From Haliotis rubra (taxonomy: Eukaryota): DNA of 64,000 nt. Position numbers and translations under genes: made by a program. The notes under the pieces are model-generated. The model saw only the letters and a program-made list of their open reading frames with translations. It was not told the origin of the DNA and did no database searches. Of this stretch, positions 38,006-52,422 are shown one piece after another (within the stretch, counting starts at the first letter, position 1; the number at the start of each line of letters is the position of its first letter). The stretch lies in the NCBI RefSeq assembly GCF_003918875.1, contig NW_025766692.1, positions 248,001-312,000 of the forward strand. Direction: 5' to 3'.

Positions 38006-38219
38006 GTCTGCACTACAGACAACAGTTCGTTTGTTTTTTGGTGTTTTCGCGACACTCAGCAATATTCCAGCAATATGGCAGCAGCGTGCAAATAATCTAA
38101 TCTATACATTACAGCCAATAACCACACTCGTGCAACAAGAAGCATCTTGAGGCTTGTGGGGTTTGCTTTCCCAATAAGCACAAAAAGTATGACCTAACCT
38201 GTAGCTCTACCTGTTGTCA

Positions 38220-38800
38220 TGACAATGACAATACTTTATTACACGTGAGGGAATTCTTGTATAAAGTACAGAGCTCAAACATTGATAAATGATTAAATTA
38301 TTTTCATTTAATAAACAACACACATGCAACAAGCTAACAAGGTAAGACAACCACTAGGAATTGTTTAAAAGATTAATTCTGGCAGGAACAAAGGATATCA
38401 TGGCGCGATTGGATTTAAAACGGGGTAAATTATAACGGCGCCCAGAAGGCAGTAATTTATGCTCATAGTGGATGGGATAATCTGCATCAGATATAATCTT
38501 ACGGGCTGACTTGAGAACTCTTTCTTCATATATTTCATTTAGGTTAGCAAAAGATACACCTGCAATTTTACTGGCTAATAAAACTATTCTGGTGAGACAG
38601 TTTACGTTTTTAAGGGACAAGGTTCCATACCAGCATTGTACAGAAAAAGCCAGAACGCTCTGTATAAAGCACTGTTAGAAAAGACACATAATTGATTGAT
38701 TAACATGGAAAGATCTCAATTTGTGCAAGAAGTGTAACCTTTGTTGACACTTCTTGAATATAGCATCTGTGTTTACATTAAAATTCAGTTTGTTCAGTGT
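38220..38800 (-). mobile_element. 3' fragment of a Rex1/Babar-type LINE
   Basis: ORF end ...LLPSGRRYNLPRFKSNRAMISFVPARINLLN typical of the Rex1/Babar ORF2 C-terminus, followed by AATAAA and a (TTGTCA)n tail. Confidence 0.8.
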
Positions 38801-39949
38801 TCACATTCACTTGAAGATAATTATGTTCCCACCATGATACAAAGTCACTTATATCATCTCTATAATGCTGTTCATCCTCATTCTGTATGAGCCCTACCAG
38901 GGCTGAATCTCAAGAAGAAATATCTGACTACTGATCATATGGTGTTTATAGTAGATAATGCCATTCTTCATGTTGTGTTGTGTGACCATCCAAGGGAAGT
39001 AACTCTATCCACCTCCATTGTGTTACCCGTGGCTTTTCAACCATGTAATTCTGTCAGTGGTTTCTTCAGTGTCTTTTTATATGATTCAAAACACTTTTTG
39101 TACTCCGTGGCAGCTGAGGTTGTACAAAATCAGCTTGAACCCCCGAGAGGACGAATAAGTACTAGAATCTGTACTTTACTGAAAAAGATAAATCCCAAAT
39201 ATAACGTGTAATACAGCATTTAAAATACCCGCCTGCCCGACCGTCCGGAACGGTCTATTTACATCTCGGACGGTCAAATTTCAAAAGTTGCCTGTCCGGT
39301 GGTCTGGTAGATATTTTTACCCCTAAGAGTAAATATTTCATAATATCAGACAGGTTCTCTTGTCGTCAGTTTGAGGTGTTTAAGGTATTATGATAATTAT
39401 GTTAAACTACTTACGATTGGACAGTTCATGTTACGATAACCAATCACAATCATGTACTTTCAGTTTTACCTAAACTCGGTGCATTGCCTGTTAGTGCTAT
39501 GTAATTCATTGCTATGCCTACACACAGTGAATGGAGCTTGCGCGGGAGTTGGAAATGGCAGTCACAGTTTTTAATTGTTGAAAACAGGACAGGCAAGTTT
39601 GTATCCAGACTGGTAATTTTTTTAAGTTACCAGTCCGGCTGTCTGGCTTGGAATTTTGGGAGTTTTAAACACTGTGTAATAGCAAATGAATAAACTTGTC
39701 CGGGAACAAATAAACCACATTTGAGCATATAACAATATCTAAATAAGTGAGGCATATGTATAGATCTATAGGTAGATAGTTTGTGTGTATAGTAATAATA
39801 AGATTATTGGTATGAAGATAATAATAAGATTTTCCATAGACCCACATCTTGAACAGGTGTTATTCTTTCATCACCATGGTTACTAATGTTATTAGTGTGA
39901 AGAATGTTGTGAAATACACAATGCCACTTTAGAAAGTGGTCAAATGTAA

Positions 39950-40049
39950 CATATGTTATATTTGAGATTACACTTTCTCAGTAAAGTACAGATTCTAATA
40001 CTAGAATCTGTACTTTACTGAGAAAGTGTAATCCCAAATATAACATGTG
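39950..40049. repeat. Near-perfect 48-bp inverted repeat with 4-nt loop
   Basis: Arms 39950-39997 and 40002-40049 with two mismatches; a third partial arm copy at ~39161-39210. Confidence 0.9.
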
Positions 40050-40109
40050 AAAAATGTTATTGATGTGAAGAATGTTATTGATGTGAAGGATGTTATATTA
40101 TCCCTGTAG

Positions 40110-40271
<162 letters not shown>

Positions 40272-41592
40272 TAAGTTCTTCATTTGCCATGGTTACTAAG
40301 TTTAATAATATTTTCAGATATATGAGGGTTATATCATAAGATTGAACATTTGTTTCTTTACTGTTTGGTTCCAAACATGGGACTAGTGTTAGTTGTTAGT
40401 GTCTCCATGTGTGGAGCGTGCAAATTTACAGACTCACTTTAACTGCATTGTTTTATATCATGTATATTGGGGCATGCTGTGACTTCTTATGAATTGATGG
40501 CGATAATTAAATATATATATGTTTAATTCAAGTTTTCTATTATTTAAACTCATGGGGTAGCCATTTTCTGGGTTAGAATTGGTCTCCAGCGATGTTTGTT
40601 GTAAGAGGCAAATAATGGGCTCAAGTTGTTAGTTGTTGGTTGAGACATGTCATTTAATCCCAACTGTTTAGATCGATGCTGCCATTGATCACTGGAGTGT
40701 CTGATCCAGACATGATTATTTACAGACCCCCGCCATATAACTGGAATATTGCTGAGGGCAGCATTAAACAAGCATTGTCACTAAGGTGACATAATCCCCC
40801 GCTGCAAATTATCAAAACAAACTTAAAAATAATGAAAGTTTAAGATGAAGTTAAATGTCAACAAAAACATGACCAGTCAACCTCTCTTGATATCTTCTCT
40901 TTAGTTGTTCAAGCACACAAATATTTTCAAGACTGACTTTGACCTTGACATGGATGTCATAGTGTATGAAATATGCAAAAATGGTACTAAAGAAATTGCT
41001 TATTGAAAAACATTCAAGGGAAGTCTTGAAAGTCTATGAAGAAAATCCAGTGAATTCAGGTTAACATGCTGAAATCTTCAAAGTGTTGCAGTGACCTTGA
41101 AAATTATGTGAAGGTCACCATAATCGACTGGGCCCTGCGCCTTCCCTAGATAAAGCTTGGTATTGAATATGAAGAAAATCTAGTGAACGGTTCTTGAGAT
41201 ATCTCGCTGACAAGGTTAAAACGTTAAAGTCCTCTTGTGACCTTGAAATTAAGGTCAAGGTCACCAAACCTGACTTGGACCTTTCTTATACAGTGATGAA
41301 CCTAGGTACCAAATATGAAAAGAATCTAGTCAACGGTTCTTAAGATATTCCAATTCATGCGCAGTACAGACGGACGGAGCCTCATACTATATCCCCCGCT
41401 TCGCGCTAAACGTTCGGTGGGGGATAACAACAAACAGAGAAAAATGTCATTGTACCCTGACAGGATGTTACTCACAATATCAATCACATGTTTGTCTGGT
41501 CCAGTTGCTATATGGCTGAAAATATGCCAGTGCAATGTTAAATTTTAACTCACTCACCCAGATCTGACCTGCCCACATATCACTATTTAATA

Positions 41593-41950
41593 GGACCGCC
41601 TCTGTGGTGTAATGTTTAGAGCGTCCGCTCGGAGAGCGGAAGATCGCGGGTTCAATCCCCGACCGCGTCATACCAAAAGACGTTAAAATATGGTACTTGT
41701 TGGTCCCTGCCTGGCGCTCAGCATTAATGAGTACAACAAGGACTGGTCGGCTCGGAGTCAGTATAATGTGTCTGAGTGGGGTACTCATGCTTCACTGCGG
41801 CATGGTATCTCAGTGGGCTAGCACTATAAAACAAGCCTAAGTCTGGGCTAGTACAAGCAGCCGCACTTACACATACACACGCATGCACGTCGTCATATGA
41901 GCGAAATATTCTCAAGCACGATGTTAAACCCAATTTCACCTCACCTCACC
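41593..41950 (+). mobile_element. Meta/MESC-domain SINE, full length, in NAA10 intron 5
   Basis: tRNA head, central ATACCAAAAGACGTTAAAATATGGTAC...CCTGCCTGGCGCTCAGCATTAA (Meta-SINE-like) and (TCACC)n tail. Confidence 0.85.
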
Positions 41951-42010
41951 TTGTTTTGGTGTCTGTGTTGTGTGTAAAGTCCTACTCACTGGCCTACTTG
42001 TCTTTTGCAG

Positions 42011-42095
42011 GATCAGCGAGATCGAGCCCAAGTACTATGCTGATGGAGAAGATGCATATGCCATGAGACGAGATCTGTCAGAGTTTAGAGAACGG
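42011..42095 (+). CDS. NAA10: NAA10 exon 6
   Basis: [28 protein letters not shown]; ttttgcag| and |gtgagt. Confidence 0.97.
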
Positions 42096-43049
42096 GTGAG
42101 TAAGGCCTGTCTGCCTGGAGGCTGCATTACAAGGCGTCAGTCGCAGATCTATTACTGACAGACTCTCAGAACTTTATATGGTATTGAAAAGACATGAAAA
42201 TTGAGATTGCCTGTATCTTGAACAGAGGCCTTGAATGCCTCCCCTCAAACTAGTCTCAAGTAAATTGCCCACATATTATTTCACACTTTATGAAATTTGA
42301 TTGAAAGATATCTGTTACAGAAACAACCTTTGTACAATATATATAGTCAGTTACCATCAAGCCAATTATCTGCTTCCATAAATATGTGATATTTCTGGGA
42401 ACTAACTAATAGAGGATCTGAAGCAAACCATGTGTCATATGCAGATGCATGATTTATAGTCAAGTGTGAATTCACCATGGCAACTTCACAGTAAAACACC
42501 CAGTGTGTTTACTGACACTACTTTGCAAGCAGCACTTGTGAGAATCTCAAACATTTTTTCACTTACACCATATGTAGCAGTGTGATTACTGACACTACTT
42601 TTGCAAGCAGCCCTTGTGAGAATCTCAAACATTTCTTCACTTACACCATATGTAGCATAAATTTATGTATGTCTTGTGGAATGTGTTTTCAGGCCATAAT
42701 AATCAATTGCGAAAGGTTTTACTACGTCTCTGATGAATGTGTATTGTTTGTTAATCTGATTCAATTGAGATTGCAGACTAACAGAAAATCATCCAACCTT
42801 TCCCTCACTTTCCCCTCAAGCTACTAACAAGACAGTTGAAATATTAGTTAAAGTTGATAAACAATAGAACTAACTTAGCTATGTGAAATGGATTCAGCAT
42901 TATGACATCACCTGTTTGTAAATATGACGGTCAGGTTATCCACTCGCCATTACAACATTTAAGGGTGTGACTTTCTTGTATTTCCCAATGTTGTTCAACA
43001 GCTACACTTATTGGTATCATTTATTGATATTTGTTTATTTATTTTTCAG

Positions 43050-43088
43050 TATGGAGTTAAACAAGAATTAGAAGGCAACACATCGTAG
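43050..43088 (+). CDS. NAA10: NAA10 probable terminal coding exon
   Basis: Strong polypyrimidine acceptor atttttcag|; YGVKQELEGNTS*; AATAAA at 43143; phase-compatible; total CDS 513 nt. Confidence 0.7.
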   Translation, partial: YGVKQELEGNTS

Positions 43089-45189
43089 AATTTCAGCAGC
43101 ATCCAGATTTGTGTGTGTATGTATGTAAAACAAAAACTTCAAAATAAACTGTATATAGACCTGTAGGCGTTTTCTTCACTTTATACACGAAGTCAGTGTG
43201 TGTAACCATGGAGTTGTCTCCCTTAGACCATGGTGCAGCTTACCTAGACGTGTGGATAACCCGAGTTGTCTCCCCCTGCATCATGTTGCAACTTGCCGGC
43301 TGTGCCTTATTCATACGACCAGTCATTATTGTAACCATGGACATGAGGTGTCTTGACTCATTAAATATTGATTTGATTGTTCTGTTTACATTCGTCTCCT
43401 AATCATGGCAACTTTTACTGATTTGACACCAAAATTAAACACATCGATCATTTTCCATATTCACAAAGTAAAAGCAGAGACAATGTAGCTTTATATATTT
43501 GTGGGACAAAAATAAATTCTGACCACATGCTTAAGATCACGCTTATGTTTAGATGTGGCAATATTGCAAGGACTATTTGCACCAAGAACAGGCCTAATTC
43601 TTCAGGAACATATGGCTTCATTACTGATTATTATTGTTCGTATATATTTTACTGCCATTTGTCCTGTTACAAACTCTGGAATATGCTTTTCAGGTTGTCA
43701 AGATGTTTTGTGTTTGAAATTAAATTATATTTCAAGAAGAGCATGTGTCTGTTGAAGACTTCAATGTGGCAATGATATACTGCAGATGTTCCGCAGTTGG
43801 GGGCTTGCAGTTTATTACATTGGACAATAACATTAAACTTATCAAATCGGGGTCAATGTTATAAACAAGCATGACTATATGGTACTAAGAATATTAATAA
43901 TGTTCAACAGAGTTTGATTGGTAAAGGAGTGTAGGTAGTTTTCTTGGAGACATGATTCAACACCAATTGCCAAATTTGCAAAAGGAAGAGCTGTTCAATG
44001 GAGTTGGATTTTTTGTAGTTTTAGTTTTACGCCAGCTATGTGGCGGCGGTCTGTAAATAATCGAGTCTGGACCAGACAGTCCAGTGATCAACAGCATGAA
44101 CATCAATCAGTTGGGATATGATGACATGTGTCAACCAAATCAGTAAGCCTGACCACCCTATCCCGTTAGTTGCCTCTTACGACAAGCATGGGTTACTGAA
44201 GATCAATATTCTAACCCGGACCTTCACGGGTGTACCTATAAAGTAGTTCCTGAACATTTAGTGAAAAATCCATTGATTTTCAGAATTGAGGTACATCATG
44301 TACAACAAAATCATGTACACTTAGAAAACAACAAATACAGCAAGATTCTAAATCTTTACACCAAGCAATGTAGATGGGATTATTTACCAGAAAGATTGAT
44401 GACTTAGCATGTTGAGTGGAGAGGAACCACAATGTCAGTATTTGAATGCAGGAACTTCAGCATGTTACCCTTTGTGTTAAACTGCAGACCACTCATATAC
44501 CTTGTTCTCCAACACTACAGGGGCCGTGGGGTAGCCTAGTGGTTCACTTGTCACACGGCCCATGCCTGTTGCTGGAATATTGCTAAAAGTGGCGTAAAAC
44601 TAAATTCACTCACTCCCTCCAACACTACAAGGAGAAATCTTGTTTGTTAATCCACAGTAGGCACCTGATTGTTGGTGATGACCAGTTGTGTCATTACTCG
44701 CGACAATTTAAAAGTCAGTGTGACAAATTTCATGCAATAAAATTGAAATATAACTCATACAAAAATAACAATATGAACAATACATTAGCAAGTACCATGT
44801 CAGTCATGTACAGAGACAAAGATGCTGGTTAGAACTGGTCTTCAGCAACCCATGCTTGTAAGAGGCGACTAACGGAATTTGATGGTCAGGCTCACTGACT
44901 TAGTTGACACGCCATTGTATCCTAATTGCGTAGATTGATGCTCATGCTGTTGATCACTGGATTGTCTGGTACAGAATCAATTATTTATGGACTGCTGCCA
45001 TATAGCTGAGTGTGGCGTTAAACAACAAACAAATGCATTCATCCAGACTCAAGCCAAGTTTATAGAGCTAGCCCAGTGAGTTATAGTCGAAAATGGATAA
45101 TGCACTCATACACTGAATACTGATCCAGTCAAGTTTTATACCCATAATGCCGAGTACCAGGCAGGGTAATAACATGTACCATCTTTTTG

Positions 45190-45521
45190 GGTGAGGTGAG
45201 GTGATTGGGTTTAACATCGTACTTGAGAATATTTCGCTCATATGACGACGTGCATGTGCGTGTATGTGTATGTGTGGCTGCTTGTACTAGCCCAGACTTA
45301 AGCTTGCTTTATAGTGCTAGCCCACTGAGATACCATGCCGCAGTGAAGCATGAATACCCCACTCAGACACATTATACTGTTATACCCATTAATGCCGAGC
45401 GCCAGGCAGGGACCAACAAGTACCATATTTTAACGTCTTTTGGTATGACGCGGTCAGGGATCGAACCCGCGACCTTTTCTCTCCGGGCGGACGCTCTAAC
45501 CACTACACCACGGAGGCGGTC
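45190..45521 (-). mobile_element. Meta/MESC-domain SINE with 12-bp TSD
   Basis: Reverse complement of the 41593 element with an internal deletion; TSD ACCATCTTTTTG. Confidence 0.88.
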
Positions 45522-46740
45522 ACCATCTTTTTGGATCCAACCTTCAGTGCAGATGGTGCACCAGCTATCCCAGGGAGATGGGATGGGAAACACAGCAACA
45601 GGAGAACCAGTGACCCAATGTGACAAGCCAAGTCATACAGACATACCCCTATGATCAGACACAAAAGGAATCTTTATTTATCACCGATTTATTCACAAAT
45701 CTGTCGCCTTTGAAAGTTGACTAAACCGTGACATTCTCCAACTTCACACTCCTCTTGTCTAGTGAAGCGATCACTGCATGTACCTGCAAGAAGCTAACAC
45801 TCTCTCCTTGTATTTACTCAGTTTTAATGGGATTCATAGTTCACATTCCTTTCTGTCGTTTCATCTTCTCTTTAACAGGTCGTCGATGTATTTGAAATTA
45901 CTCACTGCAAAAAGACTGTTGGTTCAATATTGAGATTGTTAAATACAGCCATCACTGCCTAGTTTGTATCTACCTCTGCTCTGCTTGGTTACATACTGCT
46001 CAAATCTTTCTAAGGATCACCATTTTAGGTGTGCAAATTGTATGTGACTGTTGAAATAGCCCTAGACAGTATTGTATGAAGACATTTTAATGAATAAATG
46101 TCTTGTCATGTGCCACACAATGCCTACAAACGTGTAAACAATATTCAGTCAGACCATCCATCAAAATGAGATCATCTGACCAACCTTGAAAGGTTAAATA
46201 ATCATGAAACGATGTCCATGGTAAAAATAAGTTTTCCGTAGCACTTATGTGATCCACATGATGCAATCACAGCCTAGTTTTCTCACTCCGATTAAGCGTC
46301 AGGATGGTTGTCGCATTACTATTTTTCTCTTCAGGAAGAGTGAGTGAGTTAAGTTTTACGCCACACTCAGCAATATTCCAGCTGTATGGGGGCGGTTTGT
46401 AAAGAATCGAATCTGGACCAGACAATCCAGTGATCAACAGCATGAGAATCGAACTTCGCAATCTGCCCCTAGATGTGAATTTAGTCTGGCTTCATACCAC
46501 TTCTCTCAGTATTTTATTGATAAACCTAAATGTGGGGGAACAAGCTTCAAGTGATGCAGGCATCCTATAATTTACCACTTGGGTTATGGGTCCATGTCTA
46601 ACCAGTGTCATGAAGTATGTGAGTGAGTGAATTGGGTTTAAGCCACTTTGAACAGGGTTTGAAAATGTACTCAGTTTGAGAGATATTGATCTAATTATTA
46701 GTATGAGTGTCTGTTATTAGTATAAAATAAAATCAAGATT

Positions 46741-47066
46741 AGGCCAGACCAATTTTATTTCTTGTTTTACGGATTTTTGTCCTCAGAAAACCTAAAGGCA
46801 AGAGAGAAAAAAATAGAAAATAAAAATCACCGGTCAAAAATATTTTCCGTTTGAATACGTAAGTATTTTATTTTTGGCAATTTATGAAGTGCATATGGGG
46901 CAAACAACAATCAAAAACATATTTTTTGTAAGTTTACATTTTTTTCCAATAAAAACATGAGGATTTTTTTTTTTGAGCGGGAAAATTAATTTTTATTTTT
47001 TTTCTTATTCTTGAACAAATACGACAGGTGGATCTGTAAAACAAGAAATATAATTGGTCTCACCTT
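46741..47066. mobile_element. MITE, same family as 18302-18637
   Basis: Same TIRs; interior is the reverse complement. Confidence 0.75.
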
Positions 47067-48254
47067 AAAAGGAAACTACAGGAAATTAACTTATCTGTAT
47101 GAGAAACATTCTTTTAAGCATTAGAATTTTAATTTAAATAATTTGAAACCTGTTCGTACATATATTTCAGTTATAGCTGGGTACAATGTGTGAAGCCCAT
47201 TTCTGGTGTCCCCCGCCGTGATGTTCCTGGAATATTGCTAAAAGTGGCGTAAAACCAAAACTCAGCTCAGTCAGTCAGTTCAGTTATAGCACAATGCTTC
47301 AAAGTGTCAATGAAGGTCTTAAGAAGTATTCCTTTGGTTAAACACATATCATAATGACAATTGTATTCCATTAAAATTATGTAGCTCTTCATCCAGTTTG
47401 TGATATATTTTGGCTTAATATATTTAAAATATGAGAGATGATATATAAAAGCCAAATAATTCTTAATATCAAATCAAATTTTGCCAAATTTCAAGTGTCA
47501 GATGTACATGTATACAGGTTTTAAAACTCGAATTGAAAAGAACATTTTCTCTGTTTCTTTTTCTTCCGTATCATTTAAAATACAGTACGTGTATAATCAG
47601 TGAATGACCTTCATCTTCGCAGTGAAATGTCATCTGGAAAAAAATATAAATAGATCCTGTGACTCACGATGAAGACAAAAATAACAAAACTGTGACCTGG
47701 TTTATCTCTAGATACATCATGTTACTAAGGAGTCAGTGATGCGTGCTGTCAACTTCAGTGACCTTGAATAGTCTTTCTCATATCTCTTGCACAGGACCAT
47801 GAATGGAGGGATCATCTGCATACACAAGGTTGGACACCATAAAGACTGCTCCATCATCCCTAATATCGAGAACCAACAGGTTTTGTAGAAGGGAACTGAA
47901 TCTCTAGGCCGGGATTTCAGGTGAATATCTTCATCACTAGGCTACTCCGTCACATCAAGAGGGGAAGGAATGCACGGATGATATCACAATCAGCGAGCAG
48001 AGCCCAACTTCCTGTGTATGCTTTTGCCACCAGAATGTAGAGAGATACATAGTCTGGTCTCAGGAATCTTATCACTTATACCATTATGTTGCGACACTGT
48101 TCATCCTGAGCCCTAAATTTGATGGCCACTCTGAAAGTGCAAGAGGTCATTACACAAAATTTAAAAATCAGAAATTCATTGGGGTTTCACAATGCCACTT
48201 CCACAATTCCAACAATTTCTGCATTACTGAGGTATTTTGGACACCAGAATCTCA

Positions 48255-50410
48255 ACAATGGAGCCACCTGAGTTTACCATGGACCCCAGAAACTTGACAA
48301 TGGAACCACCTGAGTTTACCATTTACCCCTAGAAACTTGACAATGGAACCACCTGAATTTACCATGGACCCCCAGGGGTTAAAAAATCCCATCGCCCGAT
48401 GCCCGGGACAAGTCAGTTTTCATTTCGGGCAATCAAATAATGGTATCTTACTTGTCTGTGGGCTACTAGATAATTTCCACTTATGGTTTCAAACTGCAAA
48501 TAAACTTGGATTTCATTTCATATCTGCTCAAAAATGTAGCTATTAAATTTTGCAATGATAATAAAGTAGAGTTATCTTTCTTTGCTATAAATACCATGTT
48601 GATTTCTTCTTTCATAATTACATCATCATAATTATGTCATAAAATCAGGGCAAGTGGAAAATTAGTCAGGACAAGTTACTTTCTTAAAGTCACTTGCCCT
48701 GTGGCAAGTGGCTTTTTAAAAAAAAATTGAACCCCTGACCCCAGAAACTTGACAATAGAACCACCTGAGTTTACCATTTACCCCAGAAATTTGACAATGG
48801 AGCCACCTGAGTTTACCATTTACCCCAGTAACACAACAATGGAACCACCTGAGTTTACCATTTACCCCAGTAACACAACAATGGAACCACCTGAGTTTAC
48901 CATTTACCCCAGTAACACAACAATGGAACCACCTGAGTTTACCAAGGACCCCAGTAACACAACAATGGAACCACCTGAGTTTACCATGGACCCCAGTAAC
49001 ACAACAATGGAACCACCTGAGTTTACCATGGACCCCAGTAACACAACAATGGAACCACCTGAGTTTACCATGGACCCCAGTAACACAACAATGGAACCAC
49101 CTGAGTTTACCATGGACCCCAGTAACACAACAATGGAACCACCTGAGTTTACCAAGGACCCCAGTAACACAACAATGGAACCACCTGAGTTCACCATGGA
49201 CCCCAGTAACACAACAATGGAACCACCTGAGTTTACCATTTACCCCAGTAACACAACAATGGAACCACCTGAGTTTACCAAGGACCCCAGTAACACAACA
49301 ATGGAACCACCTGAGTTTACCAAGGACCCCAGTAACACAACAATGGAACCACCTGAGTTTACCATGGACCCCAGTAACACAACAATGGAACCACCTGAGT
49401 TTACCATGGACCCCAGTAACACAACAATGGAACCACCTGAGTTTACCATGGACCCCAGTAACAGTAAACAATGGAACCACCTGAGTTTACCAAGGACCCC
49501 AGTAACACAACAATGGAACCACCTGAGTTTACCATGGACCCCAGTAACACAACAATGGAACCACCTGAGTTTACCATTTACCCCAGTAACACAACAATGG
49601 AACCACCTGAGTTTACCATGGACCCCAGTAACTCGACAATGGAACCACCTGAGTTTACCATTTACCCCAGTAACTTGACAATGGAGCCACCTGAGTTTAC
49701 CAAGGACCCCAGTAACTCAACAATGGAACCACCTGAGTTTACCATGGACCCCAGTAACTCAACAATGGAACCACCTGAGTTTACCATGGACCCCAGTAAC
49801 TCAACAATGGAACCACCTGAGTTTACCATGGACCCCAGTAACTTGACAATGGAACCACCTGAGTTTACCATGGACCCCAGTAACTCAACAATGGAACCAC
49901 CTGAGTTTACCATGGACCCCAGTAACTCAACAATGGAACCACCTGAGTTTACCATGGACCCCAGTAACACAACAATGGAACCACCTGAGTTTACCATGGA
50001 CCCCAGTAACACAACAATGGAACCACCTGAGTTTACCATGGACCCCAGTAACTGAGTTTCGACAATGGAACCACCTGAGTTTACCAAGGACCCCAGTAAC
50101 ACAACAATGGAACCACCTGAGTTTACCATGGACCCCAGTAACACAACAATGGAACCACCTGAGTTTACCATGGACCCCAGTAACACAACAATGGAACCAC
50201 CTGAGTTTACCATGGACCCCAGTAACTCAACAATGGAACCACCTGAGTTTACCATTTACCCCAGTAACACAACAATGGAACCACCTGAGTTTACCATGGA
50301 CCCCAGTAACACAACAATGGAACCACCTGAGTTTACCATGGACCCCAGTAACACAACAATGGAACCACCTGAGTTTACCATGGACCCCAGTAACTCAACA
50401 ATGGAACCCA
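48255..50410. repeat. 42-bp minisatellite (about 40 units)
   Basis: Unit ACAATGGAACCACCTGAGTTTACCATGGACCCCAGTAACACA. Confidence 0.95.
48373..48737. mobile_element. MITE, hAT5-like, inserted in the 42-bp minisatellite
   Basis: CAGGGGTT...AACCCCTG, TSD ACCCC. Confidence 0.85.
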
Positions 50411-51558
50411 TCAGTGCGAACTGGGAACCTTTGCAACCTGTAAACCAATTGAGCGGTGGGGTAGCCCAGAAGATAAAGCATTCGTCATCATGCAAAGGCC
50501 AGATTCGATTCTATATAGGACATTTGTGAAACCGATTTCTGATGTCCCTCGCTGATATTGCTAAAAGCAGCGAAAAACCCGGCTCACTGTAAACCTTGAG
50601 CTTTATACTTGAAAAATAACAACAAACAACTGATTACATACTGTCAAATGTTTATGCAGTGGCTATCATTTTGAGTTTACTGTTTAAAGGACCACACTGG
50701 TGTATTCGGTACCATCTGTATCCTACACAGACAAGACACATACACAGTGTACAAGCATGCTACTTAAGATCTGTACACAACTCAAACAGCAGGCCGAACA
50801 AGCAGCCACTAGATACGTAACACAATTTCATTTTTCCCTAAGTAAAAACCCTTATACATCTTTAATTTTTATTATGCTACAACAAAAGTGAATTTCATTT
50901 TCATTAAGCTAGACAATGAGCACTTCCTAACAATAAACATTGCATAAATATCACAAGCTTGCTCAACAAGATTTAACACAGGCAGCATGGAACTTGCATA
51001 ATTCATTTTCATCGTTCGGTAACAATTTGTCTACTTCTAAATTTTGCTTTATTAAAATGTAGAAAATACAAGACAACAAAAACAAATAATGATCTCATAA
51101 CAAGACACCAAATATGGTACCAGGGGTCCAGTCTTAGTCTTGACTAGTTAAATGTTTGTGTCGAGGCTTTATTGCAGAGAGATTTAATTGAATATCATTC
51201 AGATTGACTATGGAAACTTCTGTCTATAACAATCCACAAATACATAAAATCATCCATCTACCGGTAAGTTCCATTATATAATTTAAATTTGACCAACATA
51301 AATTAAGATGACTCATTTTAAGATGTTGTCTAATTAAATATACATATATGTTTTGTACATGAATGTGAGTAAATCGAGAGTTAAATAAAATGGATTCCAC
51401 CACCTTTACTTATCACAGTGTTTTGATTCGAGGCTTTGTGTTACACAAGCATATCAGATCATAAGCCAAACACTGAGCATACAATATATCTTTACCAACT
51501 GCTAAATAACTTTACACAATAAATTCATCAGCCACAAAACTATAAACAATGGAATTAT

Positions 51559-52422
51559 TTAGGGAAGAACACCTGTTTTCCCCAAATCATTAAGAGCAAA
51601 TTCAACGTCAATGCTATCCATTTCATAATGAACATCAAAACACACAAAACTTGCTAATGGCAGTTTGCAATGGAATATCATTTCTTGGTAGCATGTTGTC
51701 CTTAATGGACAAAGGATTATTTCTGTGTGATCTGGCATCATTGCGTTGATCAGAGACAAACTTTTGCCATCAAACCGTCCAAGAGCCGATCATGTCAGAT
51801 TGACCATCAGCTCTGATTGAAAGTACATGGTAAAACTGGGTGTAATCTCCGTAAGTGTTATCGCTTTGGTTGGTGTGGAGCAGTCACTTAGTAGTGCGTC
51901 TCTGTCACGTGATTCATGTGGAAGTCTCGCGTTCGGAAAGTCTTTTCTCTTGAGACAGAAATGGAATTTTCTCTTGTCCAAGTTTATGTGGGAACATATC
52001 CTTATGAAGGATACCCGTTGCACAGCCATCGTCCCTGTACTCCATCATCAACAGTGAATTTGTTCCACTGGAACATTTCAAATACAGGGATAAGGGCAAG
52101 TGCATTTCTTGAAGTGACATTCATATCCTGACACCCCTTAATATCAAGGATGGCACAACCCAATCCCACAATGAGATCAGTCTATGTTCCATTTCAGGTT
52201 GAAAGGACAGTTCCACACGAAAAGTCACAGGTATATGAGGATGATGTCAACACCCCTGTATGTGGTGAATGGCAGGGCTCTGTCCCAGCAGGGGACAAGT
52301 CCATATGAGCATACAGGGGGTACAGGCTGTCTACATCTTGTGATCTTCCAGCATTTTGTCCTCCATGAGACTAGTGGTCATGACCTCGCTGCTGCAGCTG
52401 CCAGGGCTACACGACATCAGCT
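51559..52422 (-). pseudogene. Possible decayed coding exon of unknown protein
   Basis: GC-richer block behind a strong minus-strand acceptor (tttctttgtttttctcag|). Frame 52029-51559 is open except for one TGA; the upstream frame has scattered stops. Confidence 0.3.

Noticed and set aside
47790-47870. Minus-strand peptide VSNLVYADD resembling a reverse-transcriptase motif
   Set aside because: No other RT motifs in frame and stops nearby
48716-50529. Long ORFs (MEPPEFTMDPSNTT)n and (WFHCCVTGVHGKLR)n
   Set aside because: Products of a 42-bp (3n) minisatellite that is open in several frames on both strands, with frameshifts and a MITE interruption
51700-51735. DHTEIILCPL similarity to a polo-box motif
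   Set aside because: Flanking residues do not fit polo-like kinase
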